Shown here one piece after another: positions 10,193 to 20,000 of a DNA stretch of 64,000 nt. Below the pieces are notes generated by a model, which saw only the letters and a list, made by a program, of their open reading frames with translations, was not told the origin of the DNA and made no database searches. Where the stretch lies: positions 62,001 to 126,000 of the IMG/VR virus record IMGVR_UViG_3300035182_002586. The stretch is one strand, 5' to 3'. Position numbers and translations under genes: made by a program. Positions within the stretch are counted from its first letter, which is position 1, and every line of letters begins with the position of its first letter.

Positions 10193-12214
10193 TCAAGTTG
10201 TCTTGGCGAAGCCAGCTACCCGTTCCGGATGAAACGTGGGCAGGATGGTATCGCAATCCACATCTTGCAGCCGCGCTAGAGCGGCCTTCCGATCCGGTTT
10301 GGGGTCGATCGTCGTGATCGGCAGGTCGATGCGGAGCGTCATCAGCTCCGCGTTGAGTCTGACCTGTTTCTCCGACGAGCGCATCTTGGCATACTGCGAC
10401 TTCGTGAGTCCCGCCAGGTTTGACGCGAAAATCTTGTCGATCGTACCGTACGCTCGGACAAGCCCGAGAAGAACCTTGCGATCGAACCCTACCCCGGGGA
10501 GCTTGTCCGAAGTATCCCCGTACAGCGCACGCAGAGCCACGATCTGGTCCGGGCCTACCCCCCAGGCTTCCTGGATGGTGTCCGGGTCATGAAAGGTTTC
10601 CTTCGCCTTCCCCACCGCAGGGGTCAGCAAGACATCCGTACGGCTGACCACCTGGAGAAGATCTCGGTCGGTGGAGAAGATAAGGTTCCGCTTCCCCGCC
10701 AAGGGGCCGCGTACGAGGGCCGCGATCACGTCGTCGGCCTCTTCCTCCGGATGGTAGGATTGAGACACACCTAGGAGGGGGAGCGTCTCCTTGATCCACG
10801 TGAGCTGCTCGGGGGTGATGGGGAGCTGCTTGCGGTCGGCTTTGTAGCCCGCGTACGCTGCCTTCCGTCGCCCCGAGGAGCCGTCCCACACAACGTGGAT
10901 GAGGGCGCCGGAGTAGCGCTTGACGAAGCTCCCGAGGCTCCTCAGGAACCCCGTGTAGATGCCGGAGGGTCTACCCTTCGAGTCCCTCAGCTCCGAGAGG
11001 CCGGGGGCGTACGCACACCTTGCTGCGAGGTTCAGGCCGTCCACCACTACATGGTCGATCGTCCCGTGAGGGGCCGTCGCAGGGTCCGGCTCTGGAAACG
11101 ACGGATTGTGGTCCATGTCGATCTCCAGGACGGCGCTCATGCTTTCCTCGATCAAACGGACCTCCTCCCCGATCGCTTCCAGGCGACCCACTGCATCCTT
11201 GAGCCAGAGCCACTCCATAGCGCGCTCGTCGACACGAGCACGGGATGGTGGAGTGTAGAACACGTTCACGAATGAATACAAGGGGGTCCAGCGAGACTCC
11301 CATGAGGCCAGACGCCCCAACGTCTTGGTGCGTTCACTCAGATCTACCAGAGAGGCTGCACTGACTTGCCGCGTCACCCTGGAAACAACAGGCTCGGTGG
11401 CCTGCCACTTGGACAGCCAGGACGCCACCCTCTTGAGGACGACGGCCTTCATGGAGAGGGGCTTGGGGTCGAACTTCGTGTAACCGAGGGCCTGGACGAA
11501 CCCGTAGAGGGCCTGCCACTTGGGCACCCACACCGACAAGCGCCGGTGGGCTTCAGCCGGACGGAGCAGTTTGGCCCCGTTGTTTCTCCACAAGAGGACG
11601 GGGCGCATGGACCTGAGCCAAGCGAGAGCTTCCGCCATGCGGCGCTCCACGGCGGGCTTCGGAGCCTTGGTGACGAGCTGGAGGAAGTTGCGGGGGAGGG
11701 TGACGATCGCTTCCTTGGAGCGGAGCTTCACGAGCACCTGCACCTGCGAAAGCTCTTGGATGTCCTCGTGGACAATGGCCTGAATCTGTCGGTAGGGCCC
11801 CGACATGATCAGTACAGTGTCACCCACAGAAATGCCTTGTTCACTCTCTTGGCTGACTTGCGCCTTCATTCGACGCACTTGCGCGTCGGTGGCCAAGGCC
11901 AGCTTGCCGTTACGCTGTAGAACGGCCGCTACATACCGAGTGTTCGCAAGACGTACGTAGACCTGATCCGGGTGCGTCTTCTTGACGAACGCGTACCCAT
12001 CGAATGCGTACCGAACTACCTTGTCCTGCCCTACGGTCGTCACCGCCGCAGGGACGAACACTTCGGCATCCCGGATAGAGCCTCGAATGGACCGGCGGAT
12101 GAGATCGGGATCCTCGCCTTCCGCCTTTGGGCCTAGTTCGAGGATCACCCACTGGTCAGCCACCGCCACCACCGGCCCCCGGCCAGGTACGTTCAAACTC
12201 CCTACGCCAGGCAT
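10193..12214 (-). CDS. Fusion of NusG/RfaH-like (NGN+KOW) domain and 5'-3' exonuclease/flap endonuclease (PolI N-terminal type)
   Basis: N-term WVIL...VFVP...FDGYAFV...VGDTVLIMSGPY; C-term VVDGLN, VVWDG, YKADR, EADDVIA, STDRDLLQ, GDTSDKLPGV. True start probably a GTG near 12160-12172. Confidence 0.8.
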   Translation of the reverse strand: MPGVGSLNVPGRGPVVAVADQWVILELGPKAEGEDPDLIRRSIRGSIRDAEVFVPAAVTTVGQDKVVRYAFDGYAFVKKTHPDQVYVRLANTRYVAAVLQRNGKLALATDAQVRRMKAQVSQESEQGISVGDTVLIMSGPYRQIQAIVHEDIQELSQVQVLVKLRSKEAIVTLPRNFLQLVTKAPKPAVERRMAEALAWLRSMRPVLLWRNNGAKLLRPAEAHRRLSVWVPKWQALYGFVQALGYTKFDPKPLSMKAVVLKRVASWLSKWQATEPVVSRVTRQVSAASLVDLSERTKTLGRLASWESRWTPLYSFVNVFYTPPSRARVDERAMEWLWLKDAVGRLEAIGEEVRLIEESMSAVLEIDMDHNPSFPEPDPATAPHGTIDHVVVDGLNLAARCAYAPGLSELRDSKGRPSGIYTGFLRSLGSFVKRYSGALIHVVWDGSSGRRKAAYAGYKADRKQLPITPEQLTWIKETLPLLGVSQSYHPEEEADDVIAALVRGPLAGKRNLIFSTDRDLLQVVSRTDVLLTPAVGKAKETFHDPDTIQEAWGVGPDQIVALRALYGDTSDKLPGVGFDRKVLLGLVRAYGTIDKIFASNLAGLTKSQYAKMRSSEKQVRLNAELMTLRIDLPITTIDPKPDRKAALARLQDVDCDTILPTFHPERVAGFAKTT

Positions 12215-13685
12215 CTGCCTGCATAGGTAGCAGCTCGTCGTCCTTCGTGGGGGCGAACTTCAAGGGCACCCTCGGAGACTTCTTGGACTCGTCGTGTCCG
12301 CGAGGGAAGTCTAGGGGCACCCCTCCGATGTGGTCCACCTCCGTCAGAGCCCTTTGATCCGAAGAACCAAGGGATCCAACTCCATCAAAGCGGAGAAGGG
12401 GGTCCCTCGGTGTAGCCGGGGGCGGCGGGGGAGCAGGGGCCGGGGGCGGCGGGGGAGCAGGGGCCACCTCGGCAGGAGGGGTAGCTGCTTCGACGGGGCC
12501 GTCTCCCGGGTTCTCCGGAATGTAGGCAGGGGTGGGGGTGGGGGCCGCGACCGGAGGGGTGGGGGCCGGAGCGGACACGGGGGCTGGACCCCCGTAGGAC
12601 TGCGCCACGAAGACGATGGGGGGCTGCGGCCCCATCGGGGGGAGGTTCCCTTGTGCCTGCGACAGCAGGAGGACGTCCGAAAGGAGGCCGGCTTGCGTCA
12701 GAGCACGCCCACGAAGGAAGTACTCTGAGAGGCGCAGCGCGTGTACGCCGTACCGCTTGTAGACCTCTCCCGCGAGGTTTCTGTCGACGTAGATCAGGTC
12801 TGTGTGCATGCCGTTCGCGAGTCGGTATGCGTTCATTGCTGCCTCGGAGATACCACTCACGGTCTCATCCGGCGACGATCTTTCGCACGCCTGCTCGACG
12901 AGGGCCACCGCTTTCCGAGGGTCGTGCAGAGCGAGGAGGATCTCGTAGTAGGTCGAGACAACCCCGAGGTTCAGGTACTCCCGCACCGTCTCGGCGCTGA
13001 CCCTCCCCATCTGCGAGACCATCTCCAGGCGGTTGAGCACGTCACGAACGTGCCCGCCGGAAAAGTCGATGACCATCAACACGGCTTCATCGTCGAAGTC
13101 GACCCCCTCTGCCCGGAGGACCGTCTGCATACGCGCGAGAATCTCTTCCCGCGTGACCTTGCGGATCGTGTACTCCTCACAACGGGATCGGATGGTGCCC
13201 CGGATCTTGTCGGGTTCGGTCGTGCAGAACATGCCGATCATGCGCTTGTCTTCGATCGGCTTGAGGAAGACGTCCTGCGCATCACGGGACATGCGGTGTG
13301 CTTCGTCGAAGAGATAGACCCTCTTCGGGGCTCCGAAGACCGCGAAGGGGAGTTCGTCAACGATGGCACGCGCGTGGTCGATGGTGCCGTTCGAGGCGGC
13401 GTCCTTCTCTACGAAGGCGCGACCCTCTTCACGCAACACGTCCATGCAGTTGTCACACGTGTTACACGGCTCGGGGTCCCCCTTCGGGTCGACGAGCTGC
13501 TCGCAAAGCATCGCTCGGGCGTGGATACGCGCGAGCGTGGTCTTCCCTTGGCCGTGCCCCCCGGAGAAGATGTACGACGTGTCGAGGGCAGAGCCGTTCC
13601 GTAGCCTCGCTCGGAGGATCTGGACGTTGCCCTCTTGCCCCAGCACGTCCGCGTACTTGAGCGGACGATAGCGCGTATCCCACAT
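12156..13685 (-). CDS. dnaX: DNA polymerase III gamma/tau clamp-loader subunit
   Basis: YRP...DVLGQ, GGHGQGKTT, PCNTCDNC, DAASN, DEAH, TIRSRC; Pro-rich tail. Confidence 0.92.
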   Translation of the reverse strand: MWDTRYRPLKYADVLGQEGNVQILRARLRNGSALDTSYIFSGGHGQGKTTLARIHARAMLCEQLVDPKGDPEPCNTCDNCMDVLREEGRAFVEKDAASNGTIDHARAIVDELPFAVFGAPKRVYLFDEAHRMSRDAQDVFLKPIEDKRMIGMFCTTEPDKIRGTIRSRCEEYTIRKVTREEILARMQTVLRAEGVDFDDEAVLMVIDFSGGHVRDVLNRLEMVSQMGRVSAETVREYLNLGVVSTYYEILLALHDPRKAVALVEQACERSSPDETVSGISEAAMNAYRLANGMHTDLIYVDRNLAGEVYKRYGVHALRLSEYFLRGRALTQAGLLSDVLLLSQAQGNLPPMGPQPPIVFVAQSYGGPAPVSAPAPTPPVAAPTPTPAYIPENPGDGPVEAATPPAEVAPAPPPPPAPAPPPPPATPRDPLLRFDGVGSLGSSDQRALTEVDHIGGVPLDFPRGHDESKKSPRVPLKFAPTKDDELLPMQADAWRREFERTWPGAGGGGG

Positions 13686-13772
13686 GATCGGTTCTCCTCC
13701 GCTACACCGGGTAGACAGGGGCCCTCGGGCAGAGTGGTACTCTGCCCGTACCGAGCCGTCTGCCGATCGGAT

Positions 13773-14279
13773 CTACGCCTGACCGATCGCGTCGCGAGCC
13801 ATTGCATCGACATCGATGCCCTTGCTCTCGACCCCGACGAACGACTTGAGGTCGTCATTCCACGCGCCGTAGCGCTTGAGGATGGACGTGAACTCCTCCA
13901 CGTCCGGCGTGCGGAGCTTCCACTTCATCGGCGCCCCGGCGTCCTCTTCGTCCTCTTCGCCGGTGCAGCGCTCCAGCAGGTGGTCGACGAGGGCCATGCG
14001 GGAGTGCGCATCCGCCGAGTTCCAGAGGTCGAGGGCGATCTCGATCGCGAAGTCGTTCTCGATGCGGTGCTCGACGTAACCCGAGAGCTTTCTGACCTTC
14101 CCTCGGACCGGGCGACCGTTCTTCATCGATGCCTCGGAGATGAACACGTAGTCGATGCGCGCCGTCGCCAGCTCCGGGTGGTACTGCGGGATCAACTTCT
14201 TCGCCATCTTGGCGACGGGCTCGGCGTCGAGGTATTCCTTCTTCGCCTTCTTCGCTGCCTTTTCCTTACCTTCTGCCAT
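13773..14279 (-). CDS. Putative phage metallopeptidase-like protein with degenerate active site
   Basis: L..ARI.Y.F...G...DF.I.I....W......R.ALVDH...PDVEEF..I..RYGAW pattern; HExxH replaced by HLLER. Confidence 0.6.
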   Translation of the reverse strand: MAEGKEKAAKKAKKEYLDAEPVAKMAKKLIPQYHPELATARIDYVFISEASMKNGRPVRGKVRKLSGYVEHRIENDFAIEIALDLWNSADAHSRMALVDHLLERCTGEEDEEDAGAPMKWKLRTPDVEEFTSILKRYGAWNDDLKSFVGVESKGIDVDAMARDAIGQA

Positions 14280-14307
14280 GTGCCTATCTCCTCAGGGTGT
14301 GACGGGA

Positions 14308-15009
14308 TCAGCCCGCATCAATCGTCGCTCGCACAAATACACCCACTCGATCGTCTCCCCACGTCTCCCACAGATCGCCGGGGTCCTTCACCTTTTTGCC
14401 GCTCGGGGTTAGGGGCTGAGGGTACGACACCTGATGCACCTTGAACACTTCCCCGTGAGAACGAGCGAAGCTCTTGTTGCTCCGCTGCCCCCGTTCGTCC
14501 ATGTCGTACCCCATCCACACATCCGTCACGGTTCGCCGCATGACGGAGATCAGAGGGTCTACCACACGAGCCGTGAGGGTCGCGACGACGCCCGGGAAGT
14601 GCTTCTGGATGGGGAAGAGGTCGAACCCGCCCTCCACCAACCAGATGGAGCCGGTCTCCCAAACGTGCGGCATCGCCTCCCCAAGACCGAAGAGAACGGC
14701 TTCGGCCTTGTCCACAATGTAGTCCATATAGCCCGACCGATCACGGTCGACATGTCGAAACTGCAACCCCCGGACGGCGCCAAGGGTCGTGGTGAGGGGG
14801 AGCACGAACACGTCATCGAGCCGGCGCCCGTAGTGGGACCACTCGATGAAGTCCTTCGGCAGGTCGAGGTTGTCCGGGAGCCCGTAGAGCTGCCCGAGCC
14901 GGAAGCGGGACACCTGCGTCTCGGATACCCCCCGGGCCGCTAGTTCATCGAGAACCCGCTCGTCCACCCTTGCGTGGGCGCAGTTCACGATGTCGTCGAG
15001 CCAGGTCAT
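14308..15009 (-). CDS. DNA primase-like Toprim protein without zinc-binding domain
   Basis: L..RGVS, LFGL, WLVEGGFD, GYDMDERG, KDPGD; ATG 15009 lies 11 nt after GGTGTA. Confidence 0.8.
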   Translation of the reverse strand: MTWLDDIVNCAHARVDERVLDELAARGVSETQVSRFRLGQLYGLPDNLDLPKDFIEWSHYGRRLDDVFVLPLTTTLGAVRGLQFRHVDRDRSGYMDYIVDKAEAVLFGLGEAMPHVWETGSIWLVEGGFDLFPIQKHFPGVVATLTARVVDPLISVMRRTVTDVWMGYDMDERGQRSNKSFARSHGEVFKVHQVSYPQPLTPSGKKVKDPGDLWETWGDDRVGVFVRATIDAG

Positions 15010-15061
15010 GGCCACCCCCATACACCAGGTCGGAACGTTCCGGCGGTGTAGAACGACCGAG

Positions 15062-15789
15062 ATGCCTACCCTGGTCCTCCCTCCCCGCTACACCAGCGAC
15101 TCGCAGCGCCTCTGGAGGGCCGCCATCGACGCCGGGTGGGACGTTCAACGCCTCTCGACTTCCTCGTCCAGGTCTCCGAGAGGGCTCCTCGTGGGGCGCC
15201 CCGTCTTCACGCGATCCTTGGAGGAGGCGTGGGGCTCGTGGGGCCTGCCTTCGTGAAGCCGGCCGAGGAGAAGGGCTTTCAGGCGAAGGTGTACGAGAAC
15301 GGGCGGACGCTGCGGAAGGCGACGGAAGCGTTCGATCCGAACCTACTGGTCCTCGTGAGCGAGCCCGTGTCCTTCGACGTGGAGTACCGCTTCTTCGTCA
15401 TTGGAGGGTCGGACCTCATCCCCATGGGCAAGCGTGTCGTGGCCGGTTCGATCTACATCCGGAACGGGGACATCGCCGAAGTAGACGGCGAGTGGCCGTG
15501 CGATGCAGGGGAGCTGGCGGCGGCACGAGCCTTCGCGGAGTCCGCGCTCTACAGCATCGGGCCGGGGTGGACCACCTACACGCACGGGCTCAGCGGCTTG
15601 AGCGCCCCGTCGTTGCTGCCGGCCGGTCTCGTTCTCGACGTGGGGCGCTTCAACGCCGGGGCCCGCAAGGATCAGTGGGGGATCGTCGAAGCCAACCCGG
15701 CGTGGGGTGCCGGTCTGTGCGGATGTGACACAGCTCCCGTGCTGGAAGTTCTACGGCGAACGACGGTGCCAGCAGTGCCGCAGCCCTAA
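15062..15789 (+). pseudogene. Frameshifted ATP-grasp (DUF4343-like) gene
   Basis: N-term MPTLVLPPRYTSDSQRLWRAA lies in one frame; PAFVKP...SEPVSFDVEYRFFV...VLDVG...IVEANPAWGAG lies in another; frames switch around 15150-15240. Confidence 0.7.
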
Positions 15790-15880
15790 GCCTCTTATCG
15801 CGTGCTCCCGGTGTGAAGTACGCGAAAATCCAGGACACTGGAAGGGTCGACTGGATCCGCGCCCATGCGGAGGGTTGCTG

Positions 15881-17026
15881 ATGGCCGCCAGTCCTGTGGT
15901 TCAGGTGAAGGACGGTGCGGGCGCCTACGGCTCGACCGACAACGGGGTCGACACCACCCCGGGCAACACCATCTCGATCAAGCTCTTCGACACGCTCGAC
16001 GTGACCACCTGGTACCTGGAGGTCATCGGGACGGATGAGCTATCGAGTGCACCGACGTTGGTGGGCGTGAACGTCCTCACCCACGAGGTCGCGTCCCCCG
16101 CCACTGTCGTGACCTTCTCGAACCAGATCAGCCTCGGGCGCGCACTGCTCTTCCGCTCGACTGTCGTGGGTCCGTTGGGGAGCGTTGCGACGACGTTCGC
16201 CCTCTTCAACCTCACCGCGGGTCTTCGACGTGTCGGCCCCACGGGGATGACGCGAGAAGGTGACCTGACGTACGGGTGGACGTCGATCGTCAACCCCCTC
16301 ATTCGCAACCCTGCGGCACTCCCTCCGGGCACGTCGACCAGCGACGTTCTCACGTGGGACGGTGGAGCCTACAACCCGCGCCGCCTCACGGAAGATGACA
16401 TCCTCCCAGGGTTCCTCGTCACCTCGTTCGCAGGCGGCACATCAATCGAACTCGGGGCCACGGTGACGACGCCCGCGATGACCGCGAGCTACTCTTCGGC
16501 CCCGGATGTGACCGCAAATTCTGTGGTCCTGACTGACACCGAGGCCACTCCGTCGAAGGACGTGACGCTGACCCCCACTGCGTTCACGAGCGATGGAACG
16601 TACACGAAGGCTGTCTACGGGCAGTCCGTCACGCTGACCCTCACCGCCAACAAGGGCGCCGTGACGAAGGTGGCCACCTCCACTTTCACGTGGATCCAGA
16701 ACGTCTACTGGGGCAAGTCCTCTTCTGCCGGCCCGTACAACGCGGCCTTCATCACGGGCCTCGCCCACAACGCCCTGGCCTCCTCACGCGCTACGACGCT
16801 CAACATGGCGGGCGGTGATGCTCCCGGAGTGGGTGAGAAGATCTATTACGCGTTCCGCTCTGCGTACGGAACGCCAACGTTCTACATCGGTGGCTTCGAG
16901 GGCGGCTTCGAGCTGATCGCAGCCGCCGTGGCTGTCACCAACGGCCACGGAGTGACCGAAAACTACGACCTGTGGCGTTCGGTCCAAGCGAATCTTGGTG
17001 ACCCTACCATCGTGACGGTGACCTGA
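15881..17026 (+). CDS. Putative virion structural / tail-associated protein
   Basis: T/S/G-rich beta protein directly upstream of the fibre gene; TTATC motif at 15795. Confidence 0.65.
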   Translation: MAASPVVQVKDGAGAYGSTDNGVDTTPGNTISIKLFDTLDVTTWYLEVIGTDELSSAPTLVGVNVLTHEVASPATVVTFSNQISLGRALLFRSTVVGPLGSVATTFALFNLTAGLRRVGPTGMTREGDLTYGWTSIVNPLIRNPAALPPGTSTSDVLTWDGGAYNPRRLTEDDILPGFLVTSFAGGTSIELGATVTTPAMTASYSSAPDVTANSVVLTDTEATPSKDVTLTPTAFTSDGTYTKAVYGQSVTLTLTANKGAVTKVATSTFTWIQNVYWGKSSSAGPYNAAFITGLAHNALASSRATTLNMAGGDAPGVGEKIYYAFRSAYGTPTFYIGGFEGGFELIAAAVAVTNGHGVTENYDLWRSVQANLGDPTIVTVT

Positions 17027-17027
17027 C

Positions 17028-20000
17028 ATGGCCGTTCGAGTCCAAGACACGATCCTCCCGAAGAACGACGCCGACTTCCCCGTCGTCGACTCATCCTCCA
17101 TCAAGGGTGGGCACCAGGAAGTCGCCAACGCCACGGCCCGGGATGCGATCACAGCCTCGCACCGCTCCATCGGCATGTTCGTCACCACGCAGGACGACGG
17201 CAAGGTGTGGAAGCTCGGCAACGACCTCCTCACCTGGACTGAGTTCACCGGTGGTGGAGGCGGCGGGTTCACCGCAGGTGGAGATCTCACCGGTACGAGC
17301 ACGAACCAGACGGTGGCCGCCATCCAGGGCATCCCCTCGATGGATCCGGTCTTCAAGGCCGATCGAGATCTCGTCGAGATCAAGAGCACGACGACGACCT
17401 CTGGCATCACCCTCAACCTGGCTTCCCCTCGCGACATTGTAAGCGACGGCACGCACATCTACGTCGCTCAGAACGGCCAGAACGCGCCTATCGCAGGGTC
17501 ACAGAACGTCTGGAAGCTCACGATGTCCGGCGGGACCGTAACCGCCGCCGTTGCGTGCGACCTCACGGCAGGCCCCTTGGGTCTCGTCACCGTGGTGCGT
17601 TGCCGAGGCATCGAGCAAGATGCCACCTACCTCTACGTCGCCACGTGGAACGCGCAGAACATCGCCATCATCGACAAGGCGACGATGACGCTCGTGGGGT
17701 GGGGCTACACAGGCGGCACCAGCGCGATGAGCGTGTGCGCCGACGGTGCAGGTAACTTCTACGCCTGCAATGACTTCAGTGAGATCTGGAAGTTTTCCAC
17801 TGCCGCGTGCATCGGTGCAGCTCCGAATACGGTGACTCCCGTACTCACGCTCCTCCCCAACGGAGGGACGTCTTTCGCAAGGTGGATCACCTACGGTGGG
17901 GGGTTCATTTGGGCTGCAAGTCCCGGTGGATACCTTGCCAAGATCGACCCCACGACGCTGACCGAAGTAACGGTCGTCACCGACGTGAACGGCGACACTG
18001 CCCTGATGGTGGCGAGGTACGCCTTCGGTGCACTGTGGGTCGCGAGCAACAACTCCACAGGTATCATCTACAAGGTCGATCCTACGACCCTCACGTGGAT
18101 CACCACCATCAGTGGGTTTGCACACCCATCCACGCCGATGTTTGGGACCATCCCGAACATCATCGAGGGTCCAGACGACCTCGGTAACCCCAATGCTTGG
18201 TTGTGGGTCTGCTCCATGGAGCAGAAGTTCGGTGGCCCCTACGTCGCAGCCGTCGATCCCGTCGGCCTTGTGCTCGCCTCCTCCACATACCAGCCGAGTG
18301 CGAACAACAGAGACGCCTACGAGGGTCTCTGTGTCGTCGGGAACTACGTGTACGCGGGAGGGTTCGATTCAAGCTGGGGACCGAGCACACCGCACATCGG
18401 CTACGTGAATGCCGTCACGAGTGCTTCGGGCAAGGTCACCGGAAGCTCCACGACGACAACTACTTGGGCCCTGGGGTACAAGCCGATCGACGGAGATCTT
18501 TCTGGTCCGATCGACAAGAACTCCGTCCACTACCTGCGTGGTGTGGCTGTACCTGATCCGGCCGGAGTCGTCACGGGGTACGTCCCCACCCTCGCCCAAT
18601 CGACCTTCCCACTGCTCAATGCGATCGCGTGGGACTCTAGCCACCAGAAGATGTGGGTGGGTCTTGCAGGAGACACTGCCGGCGCAGTCTTCTCCTACGA
18701 CCCTACAACCACCATCGGGGCCTATCACACCCCCAGTGACCCGGGCTACGCAGTAATCAGCCAATACCTGGCAGTCGCAGTCGACGCCAACTATGTGTTC
18801 GTAGCAGGAAGGAGCACTTTCGCGGGGCTCAGTGCCAACATCTTCGCTCTCGATAAGCTGACGGGAGCTGTAGTTGGTGTTGCAGCCTTCTACCGTGCTT
18901 CCAGTCTCTACTCTGACGGGACGTACTTGTGGGCAGTGACAAACCAAGGTTTCAGTGCAGGTCTAGCCAAGATCTCCATCGCGGCTATGATCGCAGCCGG
19001 ACCTACGGGTAGCCCGCCAGCCGCAACTGCATCCCTCCTGATGACCGGCCTACAAGGGGTCACAGGCGATGGTACGTGGGTCTACGTCTCCAACAACAAC
19101 ACCAGCAACATCCACCGCATCGACCCGGCTACTGCACTGGTCAGCGCGTCCTATGCAGACCCCGCAGTCAGCGGTGTCTATGGCCTGGTCATGGCTGGCG
19201 GTCATGTGTGGTGTGCAGCCTATGACCACGTACTGGAGGTAGACCCTGCGGGTATGACCCTCGTGAGTACTACCCCGCTAGGCACTTTCAACATCACGTC
19301 CATCGCATATGACGGGACCCGGGTGTGGGCGGGGTCTCTCTCTACGCGGGATATCTTCGGACTCACGGTGCCTGGGGGTGGACTCGCATACACGATCACT
19401 CCAACGGACATCTCCGATAACCACAAGAGTCTAGCCTATGACGGAACGTATCTGTGGGGGGTAGGTAACACCAGCACCACAGACGCTATCACCCGCTTCA
19501 CAGATCCGGCGGGTGTGGAGAACCTCCGTTACTTCGGCCCGTGGCGTCTCGACTACGCTGCTGCTGGTGGGACGCTTGCAGGCGATGTCACTGGTGCTCC
19601 GGGCGCCAACACGGTCACCCGTCTTCAAGGCTTTACGGTCAACAGTGCAGTCCCAACGGTAGGTGCTGCTCTAGTCTGGCAGTTCCCTGCGGGATGGACG
19701 CCGACCACGCCGGGAGGCGACCTCTCAGGTAGTTCGTTCGCAACGCCAACGGTGGCTAGGATCAACGGCTACACCGTCAGCGCAACGCCTACGCTCTCTG
19801 GGCAAGTTCTCACGTGGAACGGTTCGGCGTGGGTCGCTCAGGCTGTCGGAGGGTCCAACCCCGGCACGCCGCAGACGGGCAACAACTACGCCCCCGTCAA
19901 GGTCAACGTCTCGGGTGCGGCCATCCAATCGTGGATCAACCTGAACGGCGGCACGGGCTACCGCTCGGATCTCGTGGACGGTGACGTAGACGGGATGCTC

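Noticed and set aside
12410-12600. G-rich tracts suggesting G-quadruplexes
   Set aside because: Explained by the Pro/Ala-rich linker of DnaX on the minus strand
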